Shown one piece after another: positions 51,450-60,791 of a stretch of 64,000 nucleotides of DNA. The translations under genes and the position numbers were made by a program. This DNA is from Thermoanaerobaculia bacterium (GTDB lineage Bacteria; Acidobacteriota; Thermoanaerobaculia; UBA5066): the NCBI GenBank assembly GCA_038245905.1, contig JBBRRY010000009.1, forward strand, positions 1-64,000, written 5' to 3'. The notes under the pieces were generated by a model. The model did no database searches, was not told the origin of the DNA, and saw nothing but the letters and a program-made list of their open reading frames with translations. How positions within the stretch are numbered: position 1 is the stretch's first letter; each line of letters starts with the position of its first letter.

Positions 51450-52010
51450 CTACTTCTCCTCTTTCGACATTTCGCTCTTTTTCGGAGCCAGCGGATGCAT
51501 GAGCGCCTTGGGCGTCTCGGAACGGGGCGTGCAGAGGAATACCGCCTTTCCGTCGGCGCCGGTGCGCACGATGACGTCCTGCATTCCGTCCTCGCCGAGT
51601 TCGTAGCTCACGATGCCGTTGCCGAGGACCAAGGGCTCCCTCGCGGCCTGGGCTTGGCGCACACCCCGTGGCGCGATCGCGCGGGACAGCGCTGCAGCCT
51701 CTTCAGCCGTGGGCGCGCGCAGCTCGCCCGTGGCCGGGTCGATGAAGGCCTTCATGGCGTTCAGCCCCTCGTTGTCGTCCGCGGGACATTCCTCCGGGAG
51801 CGGGATGGAAACGACGCGCACTTTCACTTGCGGACGAGCGGTCGGAGCTGCGATGGGCGCCGCGGCCTTCTCCGCGGGACATTTCGCCGGGATGAAGCGG
51901 GCGTCCTCGGCCGCCATCGATGGAGGTCCAGCGACCAGAACCGTCGCGACCGCGAGCGGTCCGGCGGACATCCAGAGAAAACGCTTCACAAGACATGGTT
52001 TGAGTCGCAT
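51450..52010 (-). CDS. secreted protein with DPATGELRAPT motif (resembles the 'post-PEP-CTERM-1' domain)
   Basis: GGAGG ribosome-binding site, ATG 52010, signal peptide, FIDPATGELRAPTAEEAAAL; family name recalled from memory. Confidence 0.7.
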   Translation of the reverse strand: MRLKPCLVKRFLWMSAGPLAVATVLVAGPPSMAAEDARFIPAKCPAEKAAAPIAAPTARPQVKVRVVSIPLPEECPADDNEGLNAMKAFIDPATGELRAPTAEEAAALSRAIAPRGVRQAQAAREPLVLGNGIVSYELGEDGMQDVIVRTGADGKAVFLCTPRSETPKALMHPLAPKKSEMSKEEK

Positions 52011-52086
52011 GTGTGCCTCCTGTTGCCTGAGACTGGCTCTCGGAATCTGTATCAGGAAGTGCCAGCGCGCAAGCAGAAAAACTGGT

Positions 52087-52133
52087 TCGACGGCTCGGGT
52101 GACGTCCGATGTTCGGAGGGGATTTCTTGGAAG
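52087..52133 (+). repeat. intergenic copy of palindrome plus AT-rich motif element
   Basis: 38 of 47 nt match 57555..57607 inside rsmH (one 6-nt gap, counted by hand). Confidence 0.6.
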
Positions 52134-52168
52134 CAACCTTCCCGCCGCGTGATCGTATCCTTCCCGCG

Positions 52169-55100
52169 ATGAACAACCGCTTGCGCCTCTTCGTAGTGCC
52201 GCTGTTCGTGTGCTTCGTCGCCGCCTCCTCCGTCCGCGCGGACGGCCCCCCCGAGGCCCGACTCCTCCGTTACCCAGATGCCTGGGGCGACTTCGTCGCC
52301 TTCACGTACGCGGGGGATCTCTGGCGCGCGCCGATTGCGGGCGGCCCGGCTCTTCGCCTGACGTCGCACATCGGGCAGGAGGTCTTCCCGAAGATCTCGC
52401 CGGACGGTAAGTGGATCGCCTTCTCGGGCGAGTACTCCGGGACGCGGCAGGTCTACGTCATGCCGTCCTGGGGCGGCGAGCCGAGACAGCTGACGTTCTA
52501 CAACGACGTCGGTCCGATGCCGCCGCGCGGCGGCTTCGACGACTGGGTTCTCGGATGGACGAAGGACGGGAAGATCCTCGTCCGGATGAACCGCGTCCCG
52601 TGGAACAACCGGATGGGCCGGTACTTCGTCGTCGACCCGAAGGGCGGCCTCGAGACGCCTCTCGAGATCCCGGAAGGTGGCTCGGCCTCCTTCTCACCCG
52701 ACGGGATGAAGTTGGCCTATTGCCCCGTGGACCGCGAGTTCCGGACGTGGAAGCGGACAATCGGCGGCCGCGCGCAGGACGTGTACGTCTACGACTTCGC
52801 GTCGAAGGCCTCGACGCGCATCACGGACTGGAAGGGCACCGACAACTTCCCGATGTGGAACGGGGAGACGATCTTCTTCACGTCGGACCGTGACCGCACG
52901 CTCAACCTGTTCGGGTACGACGTGAAGTCGAGGAAGACGCGGAAGGTGACGAGCTTCACCGACTTCGACGTCCTCTGGCCGTCACTCGCTTCGGACGGGA
53001 GCGCGATCGTCTTCATGAACGGCGGGTACGTCTGGCGCCTCGACCTGAAGTCCGAGAAGGCCGTGAAGATCCCGATCGCGCTCGCGTCGGACCGCGCTCC
53101 CCTCGGGACGGCGTGGAAGGACGTGAAGGAGAACGTGTCGGGGGCGAGCCTGTCGCCGAGCGGCGCCCGCGTGATTTTCGAGGCGCGCGGCGACCTTTTC
53201 AGCGTGCCGGCGAAAGACGGTCAGACCCGCGCTCTGACGGACACCGCGGGCGTGCGCGAGCGCGCGCCCGCGTGGTCGCCCGACGGGAGGAGCGTCGCGT
53301 ACCTGTCGGACACGACAGGTGAGTACGAGATCTACGTCCGGGCCGCCGACGGTTCGGGCGTGCCGAAGCAGCTCACGCGGGACGGCGCGCCCTGGAAGTT
53401 CACCCCGGCGTGGAGCCCGGACGGGAAGAAGCTCGTGTACGGCGATCGGAAGCACCGGCTGCGCGTCCTCGACGTCGAGATGGGCGCGGCGATCGATGTC
53501 GATACGGGCACGCGGGAGGACCTCGACACGTACACGTGGTCGCCCGACTCGAAGTGGCTCGCCTACGAGAAGAGCCATCCGACGCGCCTCCCCGGGATCG
53601 CCCTGTGGTCACTCGAATCGAGGAAGTCGTTCCTCCTCGGCGACGGGCTGACGCCCGACCACGCGCCCACGTTCTCGGCCGACGGCAAGTACCTCTTCTT
53701 CCTCTCCGAGCGCGACTTCCCGCTCGTGTTTTCCGCCTACGAATTCAACTACGTGTACCCACGGGCGACTCGCGTCTTCGTCGCGGCGCTCGCCTCCGGC
53801 ACGCCGTCCCTTTTCCCGCCGAAGAACGACGAGGAGAAGGGCGTCGAGTCGAAGGAAAAGGAAAAGGCCGAGAAGGACAAGGCCGACAAGGCCGACAAAA
53901 AGGACGTTCCGGTGACGGCGGTCGACGCCGCGGGCTTTGCGCTTCGCACACAGGCGCTGCCCGGGATCAACCCTGGCAGTGTTCCGGATCTCGCCGCGGC
54001 GGCGGACTCGGTCTGGTACGTGCGCGGCGGGGACGGCGACGGAGCCGGCGACGGACCCGGCGCCGCCGCCGGCGCCGGACGCGCCCTCTACCGCTACGAC
54101 CTCAAGGAGCGGAAGGAGGAGAAGGCCATCGACGGCGTCCTCCGCTGGGAGCTCTCCCGCGACGGCAAGAAGGTCCTCTATCGCGCCGGCTCCGACTGGT
54201 TCGTGACGGACGCGAAGGCGCCGTTGAAGGCGGGTGACGGGAAGCTCGACCTCTCGGGCCTGAGGATGAAGCTCGACGCCGCCGCCGAGACGAAGCAGAT
54301 GTGGGACGACGGCCTCAGGATCGTGCGCGACTGGTTCTACGACGAGAAGATGCACGGGGTGGACTGGGCCGCGATGAAGAAGCGGTATGGCGCGCTCGTC
54401 CCGTACGTCGCGCACCGGGCGGACCTCGACTTCCTGTTCGGGGAGATCATGGGCGAGCTGGAGTCCGGGCACACGTACGTGGCCGCGGGTGACGAGCCGA
54501 AGGTCCCGCGCGTCGCGGGTGGCATGCTCGGCGCCGAGCTCGCGTCCGACGCGTCGGGCCGGTACCGGATCGCGAAGGTCTTTCCAGGCGAGAACTGGGA
54601 TGACGGCTGGCGTTCGCCGCTCACGGAGCCCGGCGTCGAGGTGAAGGAAGGGAGCTTCCTCCTCGGGATCGACGGGCACGACCTGACGACCATGGACAAT
54701 GCATACAGGCTCCTGGAGGGCAAAGGCAACCGCCTTGTCTCGCTTCTCGTGTCGGACAAGCCGTCGAAGGAGGGCGCGCGGACGGTCGTGGTCCGGACGA
54801 TCACGTCCGAGCAGAATCTCCGCTACCTCGACTGGGTGAAGAGCCGGATGGCGATGGTCGACAAGCTCTCGGGCGGACGCGTCGGCTACATCCATCTCCC
54901 GGACACCGCGGTCTCCGGAAACAGGATGCTGCAGAAGCTCTTCTACTCGCAGGCGTCGAAGCCCGCGCTCCTGATCGACGACCGCTACAACGGCGGCGGC
55001 TTCATCCCCGACCGCATGATCGAGTACTTCTCGCGCAAGACGCTCGCCTTCTGGGCGCGACGCGGCCTCGAGAGCGCCCGCACGCCCGGCTTCGCGCACG

Positions 55101-55492
55101 ACGGCCCGAAGGCGATGCTCGTCAACAGCTACTCCGCCTCGGGCGGCGACGCGCTGCCGTACTTCTTCCGCGTGAACGCCCTCGGCCCGATCATCGGCAA
55201 GCGCACGTGGGGCGGTCTCATCGGCCTCTCGGGAAATCCGGCGCTCATGGATGGCGGGGCCGTGCAGGTGCCGACGTTCCGGCTCTACGACCGCGATGGC
55301 CAGTGGGCCGTCGAGAACGAGGGCGTCGCACCCGACATCGAGGTCTTCGACGACGCGGGCTCGCGGGTGAAGGGCGGCGATCCGTCGCTCGAGAAGGGCG
55401 TCGAGGTTCTCGTCAAGGAGCTCGAGAAGCCGGGCGCGTGGAAGGAGCAGAAGACGCCCGTGCCGCCGGACATGACGAGGCAGAAGCCGTAG
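52169..55492 (+). CDS. tricorn protease (S41 family)
   Basis: LLRYPD, PD40/beta-propeller repeats, SGHTY, PDZ, DDRYNGGG, SASGGD, GKRTWGG, ENEGVAPD. Confidence 0.95.
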   Translation: MNNRLRLFVVPLFVCFVAASSVRADGPPEARLLRYPDAWGDFVAFTYAGDLWRAPIAGGPALRLTSHIGQEVFPKISPDGKWIAFSGEYSGTRQVYVMPSWGGEPRQLTFYNDVGPMPPRGGFDDWVLGWTKDGKILVRMNRVPWNNRMGRYFVVDPKGGLETPLEIPEGGSASFSPDGMKLAYCPVDREFRTWKRTIGGRAQDVYVYDFASKASTRITDWKGTDNFPMWNGETIFFTSDRDRTLNLFGYDVKSRKTRKVTSFTDFDVLWPSLASDGSAIVFMNGGYVWRLDLKSEKAVKIPIALASDRAPLGTAWKDVKENVSGASLSPSGARVIFEARGDLFSVPAKDGQTRALTDTAGVRERAPAWSPDGRSVAYLSDTTGEYEIYVRAADGSGVPKQLTRDGAPWKFTPAWSPDGKKLVYGDRKHRLRVLDVEMGAAIDVDTGTREDLDTYTWSPDSKWLAYEKSHPTRLPGIALWSLESRKSFLLGDGLTPDHAPTFSADGKYLFFLSERDFPLVFSAYEFNYVYPRATRVFVAALASGTPSLFPPKNDEEKGVESKEKEKAEKDKADKADKKDVPVTAVDAAGFALRTQALPGINPGSVPDLAAAADSVWYVRGGDGDGAGDGPGAAAGAGRALYRYDLKERKEEKAIDGVLRWELSRDGKKVLYRAGSDWFVTDAKAPLKAGDGKLDLSGLRMKLDAAAETKQMWDDGLRIVRDWFYDEKMHGVDWAAMKKRYGALVPYVAHRADLDFLFGEIMGELESGHTYVAAGDEPKVPRVAGGMLGAELASDASGRYRIAKVFPGENWDDGWRSPLTEPGVEVKEGSFLLGIDGHDLTTMDNAYRLLEGKGNRLVSLLVSDKPSKEGARTVVVRTITSEQNLRYLDWVKSRMAMVDKLSGGRVGYIHLPDTAVSGNRMLQKLFYSQASKPALLIDDRYNGGGFIPDRMIEYFSRKTLAFWARRGLESARTPGFAHDGPKAMLVNSYSASGGDALPYFFRVNALGPIIGKRTWGGLIGLSGNPALMDGGAVQVPTFRLYDRDGQWAVENEGVAPDIEVFDDAGSRVKGGDPSLEKGVEVLVKELEKPGAWKEQKTPVPPDMTRQKP

Positions 55493-55495
55493 GCG

Positions 55496-57184
55496 TCAGG
55501 TGTCCTCGTCGTAGGCGGGGAACCACTGGCGGAGGGCGATCCGATCACGGAGCTCTTCGGGCGAAGCGGCCGGCGCGAGTCCCTCGCGGACGGCCGCCTC
55601 CGCAACGACGACGGCCACTTCGACGGCGACAGAACGCAGGTCGCCGAGCGGGGGCAGGAGCGACGCGGCGGGGTCCTTCAGCGCCGGAGACATCTCCGAA
55701 AGGCGCCGGGCCGCGGCGATCAGCATCCCGTCCGACACGCGCCTCGCGCCTGCGGCGACGATGCCGAGACCGACCGCCGGGAAGATGAAGATGTTGTTGC
55801 ACTGGGAGATGATCCAGGCGCGCCCGCCGAGGACGGCGGGGGGGCAGGGCGAGCCGGTGGCCACGAGCGCGCGCCCGTCGGTCCACCGGATCAGGTCTTC
55901 GGGTCTGGCCTCCGCCCGCGCGGTCGGGTTCGAGAGCGGAAAGATGACGGGTCGCGGCGTCTTCCGGGCCATCTCGCGGACGATCGCCTCGGTGAACGCG
56001 CCGGCGGCGGTGGAGAGGCCGATGAGAGTCGTTGCCTCGACCCTCTGGATCACGTCCGCTAGACCGACCGAGCCACTGTGCGTGCGCGGCCAGCCCGCGG
56101 CGTCCTCGGCGGCGCGCGCGTAGACGCGCTGCTCGGGTGCGAGGTCGGTCCGCGTGTCCACGAGGAGCCCCGCGAGGTCGACGATCCAGAAGCGGCGGCG
56201 CGCTTCCGTGTCCGACAGGCCCTCGGACACCATCGCGGCCCGGAGGTAGTCGGCGACGCCGATCGCGGCCGACCCACCCCCCAGAAAAACGATCGTCTGG
56301 TCGCGGAGGTTGCGGCCCGCGACGCGAGCCCCCGCGAGGAGCGCCCCGAGCGCGACGGCTGCCGTGCCCTGGATGTCGTCGTTGAACGTGAGGAGCGAGT
56401 CGCGGTACCGGTTCAGAAGCGGCCGCGCGTTCGGCGTCGCGAAGTCCTCCCACTGGAGGAGCGCGCCGGGCAGCTCCCGGCGGATGCCTTCGACGAAGCG
56501 GTCCACGAACTCCACGTAGGCCTCGCCCGTCACGCGCTTCTGGCGGTAGCCGAGGTACTGCGGGTCGCGCAGCAGCACCTCGTTGTTCGTGCCCACGTCG
56601 AGGACGATCGGAAGCGTCCGCGCCGGCGGGACGCCGCCGATGAGCGTGTAGAGCGTCAGCTTTCCGATCGGGATGCCGAGGCCGCCGACCCCCTGGTCTC
56701 CGATGCCGAGGATGCGCTCGCCGTCCGTCACGACGACGACGTCGACGTCCGGATTCGGCCGGTTCCGGAGGAGCTCGGGAATCGAGCCGCGGAGCTCGAA
56801 CGGGACGAAGAGGCCGCGTGGGCGGCGGTAGATATGGCTGAACTGCTGGCACGCCTCGGCGACGACCGGCGTGTAGACGATCGGCATCATCTCCTCGATG
56901 TGGGCGAGGAGGAGCCGGTAGAAGAGGATTTCGTTCGTGTCCTGAAGGGCCCGGAGCTGGATGTGCCGTCCGAGGGGCGTGCGCTTCTCGAGATAGGCCT
57001 CGTAGGCGCGAACGAGCTGCTCGTCGATCGTCTCGATCTGGTGCGGGAGCAGGCCATGGAGGCCGAGCCGCGTCCGCTCGGCGGCCGTGAAGGCCGTCCC
57101 CTTGTTCCATGCCGGGGACTGGAGGAGCTGCATGCCCCGCAGTCCGGCGGGGCGACTTTGGGGCAATGCGGTCGGCGGCGTCAT
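55496..57184 (-). CDS. maeA: NAD-dependent malic enzyme
   Basis: NKGTAFT, PIVYTP, TDGERILGIGD, QWEDF, FNDDIQGT, LSNPT, QCNN. Confidence 0.93.
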   Translation of the reverse strand: MTPPTALPQSRPAGLRGMQLLQSPAWNKGTAFTAAERTRLGLHGLLPHQIETIDEQLVRAYEAYLEKRTPLGRHIQLRALQDTNEILFYRLLLAHIEEMMPIVYTPVVAEACQQFSHIYRRPRGLFVPFELRGSIPELLRNRPNPDVDVVVVTDGERILGIGDQGVGGLGIPIGKLTLYTLIGGVPPARTLPIVLDVGTNNEVLLRDPQYLGYRQKRVTGEAYVEFVDRFVEGIRRELPGALLQWEDFATPNARPLLNRYRDSLLTFNDDIQGTAAVALGALLAGARVAGRNLRDQTIVFLGGGSAAIGVADYLRAAMVSEGLSDTEARRRFWIVDLAGLLVDTRTDLAPEQRVYARAAEDAAGWPRTHSGSVGLADVIQRVEATTLIGLSTAAGAFTEAIVREMARKTPRPVIFPLSNPTARAEARPEDLIRWTDGRALVATGSPCPPAVLGGRAWIISQCNNIFIFPAVGLGIVAAGARRVSDGMLIAAARRLSEMSPALKDPAASLLPPLGDLRSVAVEVAVVVAEAAVREGLAPAASPEELRDRIALRQWFPAYDEDT

Positions 57185-57196
57185 TCGACCCTTACC

Positions 57197-58321
57197 TTAA
57201 CCCCGATGCGGGCCGACGGCCCGGACCGCCCAGCGCAGCTTGGCGGCGGAGGAGCGGGGGTTCGCGCGGCGCTCTTCGGGCGCCGCGCGGACGACTTCGT
57301 CCGCGACGCGCGCGTAGAGGCCGCTTTCGAGGCCCGCCTTGAACGCCTTTTTCACGAGCCGGTCCTCGCCCGAGTGGAACGTCACGATCGCGACGCGCCC
57401 GCCGAGAGCGAGGCAGTGGGGCAGGTCGCGGAGGAACGCCTCGAGCGCCGTCAGCTCGTCGTTGACGAGGATGCGGATCGCCTGGAAGGTCCGCTGAAGG
57501 GAGGATTTCTTTGCTTCGGACGCGTCACGCGAGGTCGTTCCTCGGTAGGCGAGCTCGACGGCAGCCGCAACGTCCGAAGTTCGGAGAAGAGGGGGATTTT
57601 TTAGAAGGTGAATAGGGCCGGAGCCGCGGCGCGCTTCATTCGTCTCATGCAATGCTGCGGCGATTCCCGCCGCTTTGGGCTCGTCTCCCAACCTTCTAAG
57701 AAAATCTTCTATCTCTTCTCTCTTCATCCGAAGCAGAAGAGCTCCGGCGGGGAGGCCGCGCGTGGGGTTCATCCGGAGGTCGAGCGGCGCGTCGTGCTTC
57801 CACGAGAAGCCGCGGCTCGGGTCGTCGAGCTGCATCGAGGAGACGCCGAGGTCGGCGAGGATGACGTCGGCGCCGGCCGCGCCACGAGCGTCTTCGGCGA
57901 GGAGCTTGCGGAGGCCTGCGTAGTTCCGCCTCACGCAGCGCACTGCGTCGGTCTCTCCGCGCTCCCTCGCGAGGGCCTTCAGCCGCGCCTCGGCCCTCGG
58001 CAGCTCGATGGGGTCGACGTCGAGGCCGAGGAGCCGGCCGCCGGGCAGGATCCTCTTCAAAAGCTCCGAAGCGTGGCCGCCATATCCGAGCGTCGCGTCC
58101 ACGGCCACGTCGCCGGGGGCGGGGGCGAGCGCCTCGAGAACCTCGGCGACGAGGACGGGAACGTGGCTGCCGGCGGGCGTCTTCCCGGAGGCGATCACTT
58201 TCGTGCGCGCGTCCGGATACCGCGCCGCGTCGTGTTCCTTGTACTTCTCCTCGAATTTCTTCGGGTGGGTGCCCGCGTAGCGCGGACGCCTCTTGTGCTC
58301 TGGCGGTGGGTCGAAGTTCAC
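57197..58321 (-). CDS. rsmH: 16S rRNA m4C1402 methyltransferase RsmH (stand-alone copy with N-terminal extension)
   Basis: HVPVL, DATLGYGGH, DLGVSSMQLD, PLDLRM, FQAIRI.VNDEL, FHSGEDR.VK, NPRS. Confidence 0.9.
   Translation of the reverse strand: MNFDPPPEHKRRPRYAGTHPKKFEEKYKEHDAARYPDARTKVIASGKTPAGSHVPVLVAEVLEALAPAPGDVAVDATLGYGGHASELLKRILPGGRLLGLDVDPIELPRAEARLKALARERGETDAVRCVRRNYAGLRKLLAEDARGAAGADVILADLGVSSMQLDDPSRGFSWKHDAPLDLRMNPTRGLPAGALLLRMKREEIEDFLRRLGDEPKAAGIAAALHETNEARRGSGPIHLLKNPPLLRTSDVAAAVELAYRGTTSRDASEAKKSSLQRTFQAIRILVNDELTALEAFLRDLPHCLALGGRVAIVTFHSGEDRLVKKAFKAGLESGLYARVADEVVRAAPEERRANPRSSAAKLRWAVRAVGPHRG
57501..57725. repeat. intragenic AT-rich motif cluster in rsmH
   Basis: + GATTTCTTTG at 57504; + GATTTTTTAGAAGGTGAATA at 57595; - GATTTTCTTAGAAGGTTGGGAG at 57706-57685. 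Confidence 0.65.
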
Positions 58322-60072
58322 CTGGGGAGGTCGAGCGGCTTGCCGACGGCGTCGGGGAGCGTCACACCGAGCCAGCGTCCGACCGTAGGCGCGAGGTCGT
58401 AGGGCGTCGCCGGAGCGTCGGAGGCTCCGGCCGTGACGCCTGCGCCCCAGAACACGAGCGGCACGTGGATGTCGTACTCGTACTGCGTGCCATGCATCGC
58501 GCCCCGGCCGGGGTTGTACGAGTTCATGACGCCCCAGCGCGGGATCACGAAGGCGTCGCCCGAACGCTCACGGTCGAAGTCGTTGCGCACGAACGATGCC
58601 GCGGGCGTCGCCGGCCACGAGGCCTGCTGGGAGACGAGGAGCACGTCTTCGACTTCTTCGTCCCATACGTACCGGATGATCTTCGGAAGAACGCGGTCGA
58701 CGTCCGCGGCGGTCACGGGCGCTCCGGCGGGCCCGCAAGCCCCCACGACGGTCTTGTAGGGGAACGCGGCGCGGCTGTAGAAGAGGTTCCAGCCGTCCAT
58801 GCCGCCGACGACCCTCGCGGAGCGGTCGAGACAGAGCGTGTCGTCCAAGAGGCGGTTCAGGCGCTCGCGATCGTTGTGGAGCGTGTCGCGGCCCGTCTCG
58901 AGGCGGCCGCCGGTCGCCGTCTTGTCGAGCGCCTTCGCGACTTCCGGCATCACGGGGAAGCCGTGGTCCGCCGAAAGGGCGACGAGGACGGTGCCTTTCG
59001 GAAAGGCCGCGTCGAGCGCATCGAGGACGCGGCCGATCTGGAGGTCGAGCCGGCGCAGGGAATCGCGCGACTCCTCGCTCTCGTCTCCGTAGTCGTGCGC
59101 GATGGGGTCGTGGCCCGAGAACGAGATCGCGAGGAGGTCCGGGACGTCGCCGTGCCCGAGTCCGTAGCCGGGGTCGTTGAGAAAGGCGAGCGCGAGGTCG
59201 GCCGTCAAGACGTCGATCAGGGGGCTGCGGTAGATCCCGCCGAAGTACCCGCTCGGACCGCCGGCCGGGACTCGCCCATACCCCGAAAGGTCGTGGCCGA
59301 AGCCCAGGCCGAGCGTCGGGACCTGAAAGCGCGCGATCACGTTCACGGGCGCGGCCGTCGGGACGGGCTTGGCGCCGTGCACGGGCGCCGGCTCGGGCAG
59401 CTTCTCCCAGACGAGGCCGAAGCGGGCCGGAAGCACGCCGCCCGCTCGTGTGTCGTTGAACTTTTTCACGATCGCCGCCGCCGCGGACGGCGGGCGGTAC
59501 GCGGCGGACGTCTGGAAGCGCCCGGTATCGCCGTCCCACCAGTAAACGGCGTGCGCGGGGTTCTTCCCGGCGAGGAAGATCGCGCCGCGGTCCTTCGCGG
59601 AGACGGACACGACGCGCGCTCCCTTGACGCCCTCGACGAGCCGGTCGCCGAGCGTCGGAACGCGCAGATTGCCGGGGCCCGCGATTTTTCGTCCCGAAGC
59701 GGCGTCCTTCTGGTCCGTGCAGTAGACGTTCTGAAGCGCGCCGTCCGGCCCGTATTCGAACCAGCTGTTCAGGACTATGCCCGTCACGCGCGGAGGCGCA
59801 CCGGTGCCGAGCGAAGCATGGCCGGGCCCGGTCTCGGTGTTGAGGTGCTGGTAGCGCGCGCCGCGAAGCGCAAAGCCCTCGTCGAGGAGGCGCTTGAGGC
59901 CCGCCGTGTAGAGCGGCCGGTAGCCTTCGAGGCGCGCCCAGCCGAGTCCGTCGACGGAGATCACGACAGCGAGCTTCGGTTTCGGGGGCCGTGCTGGCGT
60001 GGGCGCCCGGCCCGTGAGGAGTGTGGGGGCGGCGAGGACAAGGGCGAGAAGTGTCCGGGCGGGTCGCGTCAT
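58318..60072 (-). CDS. alkaline phosphatase family protein (PafA-like)
   Basis: ISVDG, TETGPGHA, SAKDRGAI, HDPIAH.YG, SADHG, HGT.Y.YD.HVPL. Confidence 0.9.
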   Translation of the reverse strand: MTRPARTLLALVLAAPTLLTGRAPTPARPPKPKLAVVISVDGLGWARLEGYRPLYTAGLKRLLDEGFALRGARYQHLNTETGPGHASLGTGAPPRVTGIVLNSWFEYGPDGALQNVYCTDQKDAASGRKIAGPGNLRVPTLGDRLVEGVKGARVVSVSAKDRGAIFLAGKNPAHAVYWWDGDTGRFQTSAAYRPPSAAAAIVKKFNDTRAGGVLPARFGLVWEKLPEPAPVHGAKPVPTAAPVNVIARFQVPTLGLGFGHDLSGYGRVPAGGPSGYFGGIYRSPLIDVLTADLALAFLNDPGYGLGHGDVPDLLAISFSGHDPIAHDYGDESEESRDSLRRLDLQIGRVLDALDAAFPKGTVLVALSADHGFPVMPEVAKALDKTATGGRLETGRDTLHNDRERLNRLLDDTLCLDRSARVVGGMDGWNLFYSRAAFPYKTVVGACGPAGAPVTAADVDRVLPKIIRYVWDEEVEDVLLVSQQASWPATPAASFVRNDFDRERSGDAFVIPRWGVMNSYNPGRGAMHGTQYEYDIHVPLVFWGAGVTAGASDAPATPYDLAPTVGRWLGVTLPDAVGKPLDLPR

Positions 60073-60151
60073 GCGCCCATCCTGCCACGGAGTCCGATGT
60101 AAAGGAGACGTGAAATCGGCGTAAATTCCGTCTGATATTCTCTGCCGCGCC

Positions 60152-60775
60152 ATGTTTCAGCTGTTCCCCCGCGAGGAGACTTTCCTTCCGCAGTTCGCTC
60201 GTGCCGCCGAGATCATCCTCGAAGCGGCGACCGCGCTCGACGAGCTCGCCGCGGATTTCACCGACGTGGAGCTGAAGGTCGCGCACATCAAGCACCTCGA
60301 GCACGAAGGCGATCAGGTCGCGCACCAGACGTTCGGGCTGCTCTCGCGCACGTGGATCACGCCGATCGACCGGGAGGACATTCACGCGCTCGTGAAGGCT
60401 CTCGACGACGTGCTGGACTTCATCGACGCGGCGGCGAACCGCTTCGTGCTCTACAAGATTCCGGGGCCGCGTCCGGGCCTCAAACAGGCGACCGAAATTC
60501 TGGTCCAGTCGGCGATCGCGATCCGGCGCGCGATGGGGATGCTCGGCGATCTGAAGCATTCCGCGGCGATTCTCGAGATCTGCGTCGAGATCAATCGCCT
60601 GGAAAACGAGGCCGACACGCTGAACCGCATCTCGATCGGCCGGCTTTTCGACACCGAGAAGGATCCGATCACCCTCCTGAAGTGGAAGGAGATCTACGAG
60701 GTCCTCGAAGAAGCCACCGACCGCTGCGAAGACGTCGCGAACGTCTTCGAGCAGATCGTCCTGAAGTCCGCCTGA
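60152..60775 (+). CDS. DUF47 (PhoU-like) phosphate transport accessory protein
   Basis: EHEGD, ITPIDREDI, LDDVLD, ENEAD, LEEATDRCED; lies upstream of pit. Confidence 0.92.
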   Translation: MFQLFPREETFLPQFARAAEIILEAATALDELAADFTDVELKVAHIKHLEHEGDQVAHQTFGLLSRTWITPIDREDIHALVKALDDVLDFIDAAANRFVLYKIPGPRPGLKQATEILVQSAIAIRRAMGMLGDLKHSAAILEICVEINRLENEADTLNRISIGRLFDTEKDPITLLKWKEIYEVLEEATDRCEDVANVFEQIVLKSA

Positions 60776-60791
60776 GCCTCGCGCGACGCCG

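Noticed and set aside
52045-52066. Sigma-54 promoter on the minus strand (TGGCACTTCCTGATAC)
   Set aside because: The -12 GC dinucleotide is missing at the required spacing
53830-53905. Purine-rich A/G run in the tricorn gene
   Set aside because: Explained by the E/K/D-rich linker typical of tricorn proteases; it lacks the motif core
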